Positions 18,607 through 29,435 of a DNA stretch of 64,000 bases are shown here, one piece after another (position 1 is the stretch's first letter; each line of letters begins with the position of its first letter). A model generated the notes under the pieces. The model was not told the DNA's origin and ran no database searches. It worked only from the letters and a program-made list of their open reading frames with translations. The position numbers were made by a program, and so were the translations under genes. The stretch is from an uncultured Micavibrio sp. (lineage in GTDB: Bacteria; Pseudomonadota; Alphaproteobacteria; Micavibrionales; UBA2020): positions 4,995-68,994 of the forward strand of contig CAZKBS010000008.1 of assembly GCA_964551435.1 (NCBI GenBank). The letters are read 5' to 3'.

Positions 18607-20006
18607 TATATGTGCAAAGCCTTTCCATACGCATCGAGCACGGATTCGTGCATCGCTTCGCTGATTGTGGGATGAGGGAAAATCGTGTGCATCAGGTCAA
18701 GCTCGGTCGTTTCCATGGTCTTGCCGACGACATAGCCCTGAATCATTTCGGTGACTTCAGGGCCGACCATATGCGCGCCCAGCAGCTCACCCGTTTTTGC
18801 ATCGAATACGGTTTTGATCATGCCGTCCGTCTCGCCCAGCGCTACGGCCTTGCCGTTGCCGATAAAGGGGAAGCGTCCGACTTTGACGTCATAGCCTTTT
18901 TCCTTGGCCTTCGCCTCGGTCAAACCGACGGATGCCACCTGCGGCGTGCAATAGGTGCAGCCCGGAATATTTTCGCGTTTCATCGGATGCACGTCGGGCA
19001 GACCCTTGATTTTCTCGATGCAAATCACGCCTTCGTGGCTTGCCTTGTGCGCCAGCCACGGGCCGGGCACGCAATCGCCGATGGCGTAAACGCCCGGCTC
19101 GTCCGTTTGCAGCCATTCATTGACCACGATGTGACCGCGGTCGAGTTTGATTTTGGTATTTTCAATGCCGATGTTTTCTGTGTTGGCGACGATACCGACA
19201 GCGGAAATCACGCGCTCAACTTTAATCTGTTCGGTCTTGCCGCTTTCTTCGACATGCACTGTCACATCGTTCGCGCCGCGGTCGAGTTTGACGACCTTCG
19301 CGCCCGTCATGATTTTCATGCCCTGTTTTTCGAACTGCTTGCGAGCAATCGCGGAAATTTCGGCATCTTCGACCGGCATCACACGGTCCATGACCTCAAC
19401 CACCGTCACCTCGGCGCCGAGCTGGCGATAGAAACTGGCGAATTCAATACCGATAGCGCCGGAGCCGACAACCAATACGGATTTCGGCATTGCGTCGGGG
19501 TTCATAGCCTCTTTGTAGGTCCAGACCAGTTTACCGTCCGGCTCCAGCCCCGGCAGCACGCGCGCGCGCGCGCCAGTGGCCAGCACGATATGTTTCGCGG
19601 CAATCGTGGCAACATTCTTGCCGTCTTTGGATACGTCAAGACGACCTTTGCCCAGCAGTTTGCCGTGACCGTCGAAAACCGTGACCTTGTTTTTTTTCAT
19701 CAGGTGCTTTATGCCGCCCGACAGCTGTGCGGCAACTTTGCGCGACCGTTCGATAATTTTTTTGAAATCGAAGCTATAGCTGTCGATTTTAAACCCATAC
19801 TGGTCGGCATGTTTAATCAGGCTGTTGATTTCAGCGCTGCGCAGTAGCGCCTTGGTCGGGATGCAACCCCAGTTCAGGCAAATGCCACCCAGATGCTCGC
19901 GCTCCACCAGCGCCGTATTGAACCCGAGCTGAGCGGCGCGGATCGCAGCCACATAACCACCCGGCCCGCCGCCTACCACCACGACGTCGAAATTTTGATC
20001 GGACAT
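18606..20006 (-). CDS. lpdA: Dihydrolipoyl dehydrogenase (E3)
   Basis: GGGPGGYVAA, GGICLNWGCIPTK, HPTISE. Confidence 0.97.
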   Translation of the reverse strand: MSDQNFDVVVVGGGPGGYVAAIRAAQLGFNTALVEREHLGGICLNWGCIPTKALLRSAEINSLIKHADQYGFKIDSYSFDFKKIIERSRKVAAQLSGGIKHLMKKNKVTVFDGHGKLLGKGRLDVSKDGKNVATIAAKHIVLATGARARVLPGLEPDGKLVWTYKEAMNPDAMPKSVLVVGSGAIGIEFASFYRQLGAEVTVVEVMDRVMPVEDAEISAIARKQFEKQGMKIMTGAKVVKLDRGANDVTVHVEESGKTEQIKVERVISAVGIVANTENIGIENTKIKLDRGHIVVNEWLQTDEPGVYAIGDCVPGPWLAHKASHEGVICIEKIKGLPDVHPMKRENIPGCTYCTPQVASVGLTEAKAKEKGYDVKVGRFPFIGNGKAVALGETDGMIKTVFDAKTGELLGAHMVGPEVTEMIQGYVVGKTMETTELDLMHTIFPHPTISEAMHESVLDAYGKALHI

Positions 20007-20130
20007 TTTCACACACCTTCATTTCATGACGGAGACAGCTATAAATACATCAAATAAAAGAATACTTTAAGCGATAAAACAGCCTTAATAGCCACAAAGC
20101 CCCTTTTGACGCTGCACACATTTTTATAGC

Positions 20131-20159
20131 TTGAAATATATGAAAAACCAGCCTAGTAT
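20131..20159 (+). promoter_or_regulatory. Putative sigma70 promoter of the 20162 orphan
   Basis: TTGAAA-N17-TAGTAT. Confidence 0.5.
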
Positions 20160-20161
20160 GA

Positions 20162-20659
20162 GTGGTCTCAACAAAAAAGAGTAAAAATGATGGATCCCAA
20201 AAAAAAATTTTCGACGTAATAAGTTATCCCTTTAAAAAGCTGAACCAGGGTTTAAGTCTCCTCGTGGACACTGTTTTGCCAAAAGGCACACAAAAATTCG
20301 TCGCAGACAAAAAGAACCTGATATATGGCGTCGCTATCTTTACTACCGCGGCTACGATTGTGGTGGCACCCGCGATCTTCCCGCCCCTCTTTGCTGGCAC
20401 AATGTTGTTTAATTTTATCGCAAGCTATTGCGAAGAAAACACACTTAAACGCAAAAATGCTGCACAAAGCGCTGAGCCTGCAAATACAGTCGATGCCTCA
20501 AACACGTCTGCCGCCCAAGAGACAAGCTTCAAACCGAACGCACTGTCACCCGATTTTAAATCGGCCCTGACAAATGCATCCTCGGAAGCCGCGAACAGTA
20601 ACGCAGCACCTGCGGATCAAACGTCCACCCCAAAGCGGGCCAATAACCGCACGCCTTGA
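20162..20659 (+). CDS. AT-rich orphan membrane protein with L-x3-F / low-complexity tail; true start possibly ATG 20187/20190 via slippage on A9
   Basis: Hydrophobic hairpin LIYGVAIF...LFNFIASY; tail SFKPNALSPDF...RANNRTP; own promoter and terminator. Confidence 0.65.
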   Translation: MVSTKKSKNDGSQKKIFDVISYPFKKLNQGLSLLVDTVLPKGTQKFVADKKNLIYGVAIFTTAATIVVAPAIFPPLFAGTMLFNFIASYCEENTLKRKNAAQSAEPANTVDASNTSAAQETSFKPNALSPDFKSALTNASSEAANSNAAPADQTSTPKRANNRTP

Positions 20660-20671
20660 GTAAACAAATTT

Positions 20672-20710
20672 AAAAAAAGACGCCCTCTTGAAAAAGAAGG
20701 CGTCTTTTTT
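20672..20710. terminator. Bidirectional intrinsic terminator
   Basis: AAAAAAAGACGCC...GGCGTCTTTTTT between the convergent orphan and pdhC. Confidence 0.8.
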
Positions 20711-20734
20711 ATTGCTGTTATGCCTGCTCTTTTA

Positions 20735-22024
20735 TCAGAGCAACAATCCGAACGGATTTTCGATCAGTTTTTTGAATACCTGCAGGTATTCCGCGCCGAC
20801 CGCACCGTCGATGGCGCGGTGGTCGAAGGATGCGGTGACGGTCATGACGTTTGCCACGGCCATCTGCCCACTCTTGACGACAACGCGTTCCTGCCCCGCG
20901 CCGACGGCCAGAATCGCAGCCTGCGGCGGGTTGATGATGGCGGAAAACTGGCTGATGCCGAACATGCCGAGGTTGGACACGGAAATCGTCCCTCCCTGAA
21001 ATTCCTGCGGCTTCAGCCTGCCCTCTTTCGCGCGTGCGCCGAGGTCTTTCATTTCGGACGAAATGACCTTGAGGCTTTTGTTTGCGGCATCGACAATGAT
21101 CGGCGTAATCAGACCGTTTGGCGTCGCCACGGCGACAGATACGTCCGCGCGCGTGTACTGCACGATATTATCATCCGTCCACGATACGTTGGCTGCGGGG
21201 AATTTTTGCAGCGCGACGGCGGTCGCCTTGATAATGAAATCGTTCACCGAGATTTTGAGACCGTCCATGCTGTCATTCAGCTGTTTGCGCAAGGACAGCA
21301 GCGCATCCAGTTCGCAATCGACCGTCAGATAGAAATGCGGCACGGTCTGTTTGGATTCAGACAGGCGGCGGGCAATCACCTTGCGCACGCCGGAATTGGG
21401 CGTCAGCGTATAAGGAATGCCGTAAGCATCCGCGAGCGCCTGCGCATTAACCGAAGACGTAGCGGGCGTAAAGCTGCCGCCAGCCGCTGCGGCCTTCGGC
21501 GCTGCCGCGCCTGCAGGCGCTTTATCAAGGTCGGCCTTGACGATGCGGCCATGCGGGCCGGAGCCCTTGATGGCCGAAAGGTCGATGCCTTTTTCCTTGG
21601 CGATGCGTTTGGCGAGCGGGCTTGCGAAGACGCGGCCCGATGCTTTGGCCTGCGCAGGGCTCGCCACGGCCATTGCCGGTGCTGCCTTCGCAGCTTCGGC
21701 GGCGGGCTGGTTGGCAGGCGTTACGGTTTTGGGCGCAGATGCCGGCGCAGCGGATGCCTTGGCAAGGGCCGATGCGTCTTCGCCTTCTTCCAGCAGGATG
21801 GCGATGAGACTGTTGACCTTGACGCCATCGGTGCCTGCGGGCACGACGATTTTGGCAAGAATGCCTTCGTCGACGGCTTCGACTTCCATCGTCGCCTTGT
21901 CGGTTTCAATTTCGGCAATCACGTCACCGGCCTTGATTTTATCGCCTTCTTTTTTGACCCACTTGGCAAGCTTGCCTTCGGTCATGGTCGGTGACAGGGC
22001 GGGCATCAGCACATTATGCGGCAT
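20735..22024 (-). CDS. pdhC: Pyruvate dehydrogenase E2 dihydrolipoamide acetyltransferase
   Basis: Lipoyl [16 protein letters not shown]3-binding domain, DHRAIDGA. Confidence 0.96.
   Translation of the reverse strand: MPHNVLMPALSPTMTEGKLAKWVKKEGDKIKAGDVIAEIETDKATMEVEAVDEGILAKIVVPAGTDGVKVNSLIAILLEEGEDASALAKASAAPASAPKTVTPANQPAAEAAKAAPAMAVASPAQAKASGRVFASPLAKRIAKEKGIDLSAIKGSGPHGRIVKADLDKAPAGAAAPKAAAAGGSFTPATSSVNAQALADAYGIPYTLTPNSGVRKVIARRLSESKQTVPHFYLTVDCELDALLSLRKQLNDSMDGLKISVNDFIIKATAVALQKFPAANVSWTDDNIVQYTRADVSVAVATPNGLITPIIVDAANKSLKVISSEMKDLGARAKEGRLKPQEFQGGTISVSNLGMFGISQFSAIINPPQAAILAVGAGQERVVVKSGQMAVANVMTVTASFDHRAIDGAVGAEYLQVFKKLIENPFGLLL
21863..22006 (-). repeat. Lipoyl-domain repeat copy 1 (pdhC); copy 2 at 23238-23381
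   Basis: 48 identical codon-encoded residues [11 protein letters not shown]...EAVDEG in pdhC and pdhB; near-identical DNA. Confidence 0.85.
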
Positions 22025-23399
22025 AGGTCACCTTTTTCGCGGCGTCGATGATGTGTTCTTCCTGCGGCAGCGCGAGCTTTTCGAGGTTCGCGGCATAGGG
22101 CATCGGCACATCCGCGCCATGCACGCGCACCACGGGGGCGTCGAGATAATCGAAGCATTGCTCCATCATCAGCGCCGCCATTTCGGAGCCCATGCCCGCA
22201 TAGGGCCAGCCCTCTTCAACCGAGATCAGGCGGTTGGTTTTCTTGACGGACTCGACAATCGTCGCGGTATCCAGCGGGCGCAGCGTGCGCAGGTTGATGA
22301 CCTCCGCGCTGATGCCTTGCTGGGCCAGCTTTTCGGCCGCCTGCAGCGCAACGCCGACCATGCGGCTGAAAGCCGTGATGGTGACGTCGGTACCGGCGCG
22401 TTCGATTTTCGCCTTGCCGATGGGCAGGATGAAATCGGGGTCAGCCGGAACGTCGAAAGACTGTCCGTACATGATTTCGTTTTCAAGGAATACGACCGGG
22501 TTCGGGTCGCGGATCGCGGCCTTGAGCAGGCCCTTCGCATCCGCCGACGACCACGGCGCAATCACTTTCAAACCCGGGCAATGCGCATACCACGATGCGA
22601 AGCATTGCGAGTGCTGCGCGGCCACGCGCGACGCAGCACCGTTCGGCCCGCGGAACACGATGGGGCAACCCAGCTGCCCGCCAGCCATATACAGCGTCTT
22701 GGCGGCGGAGTTGATGATGTGGTCAATCGCCTGCATGGCGAAGTTCCAGGTCATGAATTCGGTGACGGGCTTCAGGCCTGCGAAAGCCGCGCCGACAGCG
22801 ATACCGGCAAAACCGTATTCGGTAATCGGCGTGTCAATCACGCGCTTGTCGCCGAATTCCTGCAAAAGACCTTGCGTGACTTTATACGCGCCCTGATATT
22901 CGGCGACTTCTTCGCCCATGACGAAAACATCGCCATCGCGGCGCATTTCCTCGGCCATGGCGTCGCGCAGCGCTTCGCGTACGGTGACGCTGACGGTCGG
23001 GCCCGTCCATTCCTTTTCCGCAGCAGGCGCGGCGGCGGCAGGCTGCGCAGGCGTCTGCGTCGGCAGGCAGGACGGATTGACGAAGGGCGCATCTTCATGC
23101 GCAACCTTCGGCGCCGGCGCGGCCGATGCGGCGGCGGCAACATCCGCCGCGTTTTCGCCATCTTCGAGCAGCACGGCAATCGGCGTATTCACGGCCACGC
23201 CTTCGGTGCCTTCGGCCACGAGGATTTTGCCAATCACGCCTTCATCGACGGCTTCGACTTCCATCGTCGCCTTGTCGGTTTCAATTTCGGCAATCACGTC
23301 GCCAGCCTTGATTTTATCGCCCTCTTTCTTGACCCACTTGGCAAGCTTGCCTTCGGTCATGGTCGGGGACAGTGCGGGCATCAGGATTTGAATGGACAT
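22014..23399 (-). CDS. pdhB: Pyruvate dehydrogenase E1 beta with N-terminal lipoyl domain
   Basis: Lipoyl domain, [27 protein letters not shown]. Confidence 0.97.
   Translation of the reverse strand: MSIQILMPALSPTMTEGKLAKWVKKEGDKIKAGDVIAEIETDKATMEVEAVDEGVIGKILVAEGTEGVAVNTPIAVLLEDGENAADVAAAASAAPAPKVAHEDAPFVNPSCLPTQTPAQPAAAAPAAEKEWTGPTVSVTVREALRDAMAEEMRRDGDVFVMGEEVAEYQGAYKVTQGLLQEFGDKRVIDTPITEYGFAGIAVGAAFAGLKPVTEFMTWNFAMQAIDHIINSAAKTLYMAGGQLGCPIVFRGPNGAASRVAAQHSQCFASWYAHCPGLKVIAPWSSADAKGLLKAAIRDPNPVVFLENEIMYGQSFDVPADPDFILPIGKAKIERAGTDVTITAFSRMVGVALQAAEKLAQQGISAEVINLRTLRPLDTATIVESVKKTNRLISVEEGWPYAGMGSEMAALMMEQCFDYLDAPVVRVHGADVPMPYAANLEKLALPQEEHIIDAAKKVTYAA
23238..23381 (-). repeat. Lipoyl-domain repeat copy 2 (pdhB)
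   Basis: Matches 21863-22006. Confidence 0.85.
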
Positions 23400-23402
23400 G
23401 GA

Positions 23403-24425
23403 TTAACCCTCCACCAGAATGTCGGTCCACAGCTCGGACGGATCCGGCTCCGGGCTTTGCTGCGCGAATTCGGCGGATTCATTGACTACCGCCTTCACGT
23501 CTTTTTCGATTTTTTTGAAATCATCCTCGCCGAACTTGCCGGTGGCCAGAATGGCTTTGCGGATTTGTTCGATGGGGTCGTGATTTTCTTTCATCATCTC
23601 GACTTCTTCTTTCGAGCGGTATTTACCCGGATCCGACATCGAGTGACCGCGGTAGCGGTAGGTATCGAATTCGAGGATATAGGGGCCGTTGCCGCTGCGG
23701 ACGTATTCAACCGCCTTCAGCGCGGCGGCGCGTACCGTCAGCACGTCCATGCCGTCGATTTTTTCGCCCGGAATGTCATAACCTTCGCCGCGTTTGTAAA
23801 GAACGCCGGCCGCGTGGCGCGTCTGGCTGGTGCCCATGCCGTATTTGTTGTTTTCGATGACGAAAATCACCGGCAGTTTCCACAGCGACGCCATGTTATA
23901 GGCTTCGTAAATCTGCCCCTGGTTGGCCGCACCATCGCCGTAATAAGCGGTGCAGATACCGTTGTCGCCTTTGTATTTATGCGCAAAGGCCAGCCCCGCG
24001 CCCAGCGGACCCGTCGCGCCGACGATACCATGGCCGCCGTAAAAACCCTTTTCACGGCTGAACATGTGCATGGAGCCGCCCTTGCCGCGGGAATACCCGC
24101 CCTTGCGGCCCGTCAGTTCGGCCATGACGCCGTTGGCGGACATACCGCAGGCCAGCATGTGGCCATGGTCACGGTACGCGGTGATGACGGTGTCCTGCGG
24201 CTGAAGCGCGGACTGCATCCCGACGACGACAGCTTCCTGCCCGATATAGAGGTGGCAGAAGCCGCCGATAAGACCCATGCCATAGAGCTGGCCGGCCTTT
24301 TCTTCGAAACGGCGGATAAGGAGCATGTCCTTGAAATATTCGAGCATCTGTTCCGGCGATGCGATGTTGGACGGCGATTTGACCGTCTCCAGTTTAGCCT
24401 TGCCGGATGTAGGTGTGCTTGCCAC
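23403..24425 (-). CDS. pdhA: Pyruvate dehydrogenase E1 alpha
   Basis: GFCHLYIGQEA, GDGAANQGQ, YRYRGHSMSDP. Confidence 0.97.
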   Translation of the reverse strand: MASTPTSGKAKLETVKSPSNIASPEQMLEYFKDMLLIRRFEEKAGQLYGMGLIGGFCHLYIGQEAVVVGMQSALQPQDTVITAYRDHGHMLACGMSANGVMAELTGRKGGYSRGKGGSMHMFSREKGFYGGHGIVGATGPLGAGLAFAHKYKGDNGICTAYYGDGAANQGQIYEAYNMASLWKLPVIFVIENNKYGMGTSQTRHAAGVLYKRGEGYDIPGEKIDGMDVLTVRAAALKAVEYVRSGNGPYILEFDTYRYRGHSMSDPGKYRSKEEVEMMKENHDPIEQIRKAILATGKFGEDDFKKIEKDVKAVVNESAEFAQQSPEPDPSELWTDILVEG

Positions 24426-24544
24426 GGGGGAGCCTCTTTATGCGGTTGAAAATAGACCCCCTTAATTAATCTTTTGGCCGCCGCTTTGCAAGCACGGCAG
24501 ACGCAATTAGGGCGTTTTGTATTTCACATAAAATAATATCCGGA

Positions 24545-24874
24545 TTATTTCAGGCGGCTATGCACAACCACGCGCTCTTCGGCCTTCATATAGCCGAGAA
24601 CCACACGCACGCGTTCATCCAGAAGGTCGAGGTCAAGACTTTCCGGACGCATCAGGCGCACACGGTTTTCCAGTTCCTCGCGGTCTTCTTTTTTCTGGGC
24701 GAGTTTTTGCTCTGCCGACGCCAGTTTGATGTCCAGCCCCTTGCGCGCGAAATAACCGCGGTCGCCATGCACCAGATGGTAGCCGAAATACAGAAACAGA
24801 CCGAAGCTGAGGATGGTGACCAGACTGCGGGAAATCGATTTCGGTTTTTGGGGCTGTTTGTAAGGCGTTCTCAT
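24545..24874 (-). CDS. ftsB: Septum formation initiator FtsB/DivIC family
   Basis: TM then GDRG, coiled coil, LDLDLLDERVR..LG; usual position upstream of pdhA. Confidence 0.85.
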   Translation of the reverse strand: MRTPYKQPQKPKSISRSLVTILSFGLFLYFGYHLVHGDRGYFARKGLDIKLASAEQKLAQKKEDREELENRVRLMRPESLDLDLLDERVRVVLGYMKAEERVVVHSRLK

Positions 24875-24974
24875 ACTTCCCATGGAATCACAGACGAGTC
24901 ATAACGTCAACTAAAAAGGCTTGGATTCAATGATTTATCAGCCCTCGCCCTGCCGCGCCACCTGAAAATACATA

Positions 24975-25002
24975 TTGACAGGGACGCCGCGCGCTTTACA
25001 TT
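24975..25002 (+). promoter_or_regulatory. Putative sigma70 promoter of kdsA
   Basis: TTGACA-N16-TACATT. Confidence 0.55.
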
Positions 25003-25047
25003 CAGGGCAAAGACGGATTTTTCCTTTATTGAAAGGCTTTTTTGCGC

Positions 25048-25914
25048 ATGACCGCCGCCACCGCACAGCACCATATTTCTATCGGCAACCTGAAAATGGG
25101 CAACGACCTGCCCTTCGTGCTGATCGCCGGCCCCTGCCAGATGGAAAGCCGCGACCACGCTTTCGACATGTGCGGCGCCATCAAGGAAATCACGGGCAAG
25201 CTGGGCATTCCGCTGGTCTATAAATCTTCGTTCGACAAGGCGAACCGCACCTCGCTGAAAGGCCAGCGCGGCATCGGGCTTGAAAAAGGCCTGCCGGTTT
25301 TCGAAGAACTGCGCAGCAAAATGAACCTGCCCGTCATCACCGATATTCACACCGCCGAACAATGCGCGATTGTCGCGCCGTCGGTGGATGTGCTGCAAAT
25401 CCCCGCATTTCTGTGCCGCCAGACCGACCTTCTGATCGCCGCCGCCAAAACCGGCAAGCCGATCAACGTCAAGAAAGGCCAGTTCCTTGCACCGTGGGAC
25501 ATGAAAAACGTCGCCGCGAAAATAATCGAAAGCGGCAACCCGAACGTGATGCTGTGCGAACGCGGCGTGACCTTTGGCTATAACACGCTGGTCAACGATA
25601 TGCGCGCCCTGCCCATCATGGCCGAAACCGGCCTGCCTGTCGTTTTCGACGCGACGCATTCGGTGCAGCAACCGGGTGGCGCGGGTACCGCATCGGGCGG
25701 CGACCGCCGCATGGTGCCGCCGCTGGCGCGCGCCGCGCTGGCCATCGGCTGCGCCGCGATTTTCATGGAAACGCATCAAGACCCCGACAAGGCACCGTCG
25801 GACGGTCCCAACATGGTGAAGCTGTCGGATCTCGAAGGCATTCTGACGCAGCTTGTCGCCATCGACCGTCTCATCAAACCCGAAGCTTACAGCCGCGCAC
25901 AAAAAGCGGCCTGA
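25048..25914 (+). CDS. kdsA: KDO8P synthase
   Basis: IAGPC, KSSFDKANRTS, QIPAFLCRQTDL, KKGQF, DATHSVQ, PSDGP. Confidence 0.97.
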   Translation: MTAATAQHHISIGNLKMGNDLPFVLIAGPCQMESRDHAFDMCGAIKEITGKLGIPLVYKSSFDKANRTSLKGQRGIGLEKGLPVFEELRSKMNLPVITDIHTAEQCAIVAPSVDVLQIPAFLCRQTDLLIAAAKTGKPINVKKGQFLAPWDMKNVAAKIIESGNPNVMLCERGVTFGYNTLVNDMRALPIMAETGLPVVFDATHSVQQPGGAGTASGGDRRMVPPLARAALAIGCAAIFMETHQDPDKAPSDGPNMVKLSDLEGILTQLVAIDRLIKPEAYSRAQKAA

Positions 25915-25945
25915 TTATCCCCCGGCATCCGCAGGAGATTTTGAT

Positions 25946-26491
25946 ATGGGCGATACGAATATGGACATGACCCGCAGCAAAATCTTCAACGTCGGCGTTT
26001 ACGCCTGCGCTGCCATCGGCGCGGTGACAGGCGCTGTCGGATATGGCGGCGGCACGCTTGGCGGTATTCTTGGCATGGGCGCGGTTGGCGCGGTGGCGGG
26101 CGGCCTTGGTATCCCCCTCGCCCTCACGGGTGCCGCGGTCATGGGCTATGTCGGATATGTCGGGCTTAAATCCACCATCAAGGCACTCAAAAGCGAAGGC
26201 GCTGCCGTACCGCTCGGCCTTGCCATCGTCGGCATCTCCGCTGCCAAGGCATTATTTGTCGAGCCTGTGAAATCACTCCACGCACTGTTCACCCGCGCGC
26301 GCGATAATAACGGACATCAATCCCCGCCCGCGCGCAGCATGGATGATGCGGGCAGCAGCAGCGCAGCGCCCTCACGCCTGAAGGCAGGCAAGCTCAAAGC
26401 CGCTTTTGCGGGTATCCTAAAACCGCTGCGTAAAAAATCGCCCGCCGAGAAACCGGCGGCAGCGCCGCAGCAAAAACCGCCCGCGCCTTAA
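25946..26491 (+). CDS. Orphan glycine-zipper membrane-type protein with L-x3-F / Pro-rich tail
   Basis: AGGAG RBS then ATG 25946; GAVTGAVGYGGGTLGGILGMGAVGAVAGG; tail SRLKAGKLKAAF...QQKPPAP. Confidence 0.78.
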   Translation: MGDTNMDMTRSKIFNVGVYACAAIGAVTGAVGYGGGTLGGILGMGAVGAVAGGLGIPLALTGAAVMGYVGYVGLKSTIKALKSEGAAVPLGLAIVGISAAKALFVEPVKSLHALFTRARDNNGHQSPPARSMDDAGSSSAAPSRLKAGKLKAAFAGILKPLRKKSPAEKPAAAPQQKPPAP

Positions 26492-26492
26492 T

Positions 26493-27245
26493 TCAAGGCG
26501 CGCCAAGACCCGAAGGCAGCGTCGGCATCGACGGCAGGGGCGGAATGGCGGGTAAATCATCCAGACTCATGGCAGGCGGCGCTATTTGCGGCTTGCGGCG
26601 CGGCAGAAAGACAGTCGTACCCTTTGCTGTCTTAGCCTCCGGCTTCTTGACCGTACCATGCGCAGGCGCCATCCCCAGATAGCCCAGCAATATATAGGTA
26701 TCCTCGCGCGGCAACTCGCCCTTGCGGGCCTGAATTTGCATGAAAGCCGCCGCCTTGTCGGACGTGCGCATGAAAACGCCCGCGTTATGTTCGCGCGCAT
26801 CTCCCTCGCCGATTTTATATTCGATATAAAACGCAGGCTCCCCGATGCCGTTTTCGAAATATTGAAGGTCGATGACCTCGGCCGTTTTTTTGTAGTTACC
26901 GACAAGAAGCTGCGCAAGACCCGTCATGATTTTCGTATCCGCATCGGCGCGGCCTGTCAGGCCGTAAACCGTGGTGGTTTGCAAACGCGTCCAGTTTTTG
27001 ACGTCGTGCCCCTCGGGCGTATATTCCAGCTGCGCGGTGCGGAACTGCGGGTCGGTAAATCCCGCCCATGTGAAAGCAGGGCAGCCGAAATCTTTGGCAA
27101 TCGGCAGAAATACCTGACCGGAAGCTTCAAGCGCGGCAATCTGGCTCGGCTCCTGCGCTTCGGTTTCAAAGGCACCGGCAGGCGCAGCCCATACAAGCGC
27201 ACAGAACAAAAACACTGTAAAACGGCTGAACAATACCATAATCAA
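26493..27245 (-). CDS. Secreted/periplasmic hypothetical protein with Pro-rich tail
   Basis: Sec-type signal ending APAGA-F; GGAGG RBS; C-terminal LPRRKP...PPLPSMPTLP. Confidence 0.72.
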   Translation of the reverse strand: MIMVLFSRFTVFLFCALVWAAPAGAFETEAQEPSQIAALEASGQVFLPIAKDFGCPAFTWAGFTDPQFRTAQLEYTPEGHDVKNWTRLQTTTVYGLTGRADADTKIMTGLAQLLVGNYKKTAEVIDLQYFENGIGEPAFYIEYKIGEGDAREHNAGVFMRTSDKAAAFMQIQARKGELPREDTYILLGYLGMAPAHGTVKKPEAKTAKGTTVFLPRRKPQIAPPAMSLDDLPAIPPLPSMPTLPSGLGAP

Positions 27246-27272
27246 AACACCTCCCGCTTCGCATCACCATAG

Positions 27273-28748
<1,476 letters not shown>

Positions 28749-28773
28749 AAACCGCGAAATTTCTGAAAAAATG

Positions 28774-28810
28774 ACAGGCGGCGGGCCCTAAAGCCTTTGC
28801 CGCCTGTTTT
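28774..28810 (+). terminator. Putative terminator after eno
   Basis: ACAGGCGGC...GCCGCCTGT followed by TTT. Confidence 0.5.
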
Positions 28811-28866
28811 ATTGCACTGCAATATATGGTAGGATTCCCGAAAACAACGCCCTGAGCAGGAATCCC

Positions 28867-29418
28867 ATGTTTGTCGATAAAATCTCCATCGGTAAAAACC
28901 CGCCCCACGAAGTGAACGTCATCGTTGAAAACCCCGTGGGCGGCGCACCGGTCAAATACGAAATCGACAAGGAAAGCGGTGCCCCCATGGTTGACCGTTT
29001 CCTGCATGTCGCCATGCAATACCCGGGCAACTACGGCTTTATCCCCCATACGCTGTCCGAAGACGGCGATCCGGTGGATGTGCTGATTATCGGCGCTATT
29101 CCGGTTGTGCCGGGCGCGGTCGTGGCCGTGCGCCCCGTGGGCGTCCTGAAAATGGAAGACGAAGCCGGCGGCGACGAAAAAATTATCGCCGTGCCGATCA
29201 GCAAACTCGACCCCGAATTCGAAGATATCAAAAACTATACCGACATTCCGGAATCCAAACGCAAGCGCATCGAACATTTCTTTGAACGCTACAAGGAACT
29301 GGAACCCGGCAAATGGGTCAAAGTCCACGGCTGGGGCGATGTCAACGAGGCCAAGAAAATGATCGAAGAAGGCATCGAGCGGCTTAAAAAAAAACTTAAC
29401 GCCACCCTTGCCGCCTAA
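28867..29418 (+). CDS. ppa: Inorganic pyrophosphatase (family I)
   Basis: [40 protein letters not shown]. Confidence 0.96.
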   Translation: MFVDKISIGKNPPHEVNVIVENPVGGAPVKYEIDKESGAPMVDRFLHVAMQYPGNYGFIPHTLSEDGDPVDVLIIGAIPVVPGAVVAVRPVGVLKMEDEAGGDEKIIAVPISKLDPEFEDIKNYTDIPESKRKRIEHFFERYKELEPGKWVKVHGWGDVNEAKKMIEEGIERLKKKLNATLAA

Positions 29419-29435
29419 AAGCACCTGAACGCCTA

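Noticed and set aside
20688-20999. ORF beginning MKKKASFLLLLCLLF that looks like a signal peptide
   Set aside because: The N-terminus is just the terminator hairpin and T-tract; the rest is antisense to pdhC.
21863-23381. Near-identical DNA repeat as a mobile element or misassembly
   Set aside because: Lipoyl domains of PdhB and PdhC, a known alphaproteobacterial arrangement.
21537-24449. 970-aa plus-strand ORF (similarly 6832-8652, 29741-32257, 39610-41496, 41882-44011, 45408-46823, 55908-58064, 60490-61935)
   Set aside because: Antisense shadows of well-supported genes; expected from GC-rich codon bias; no recognisable motifs.
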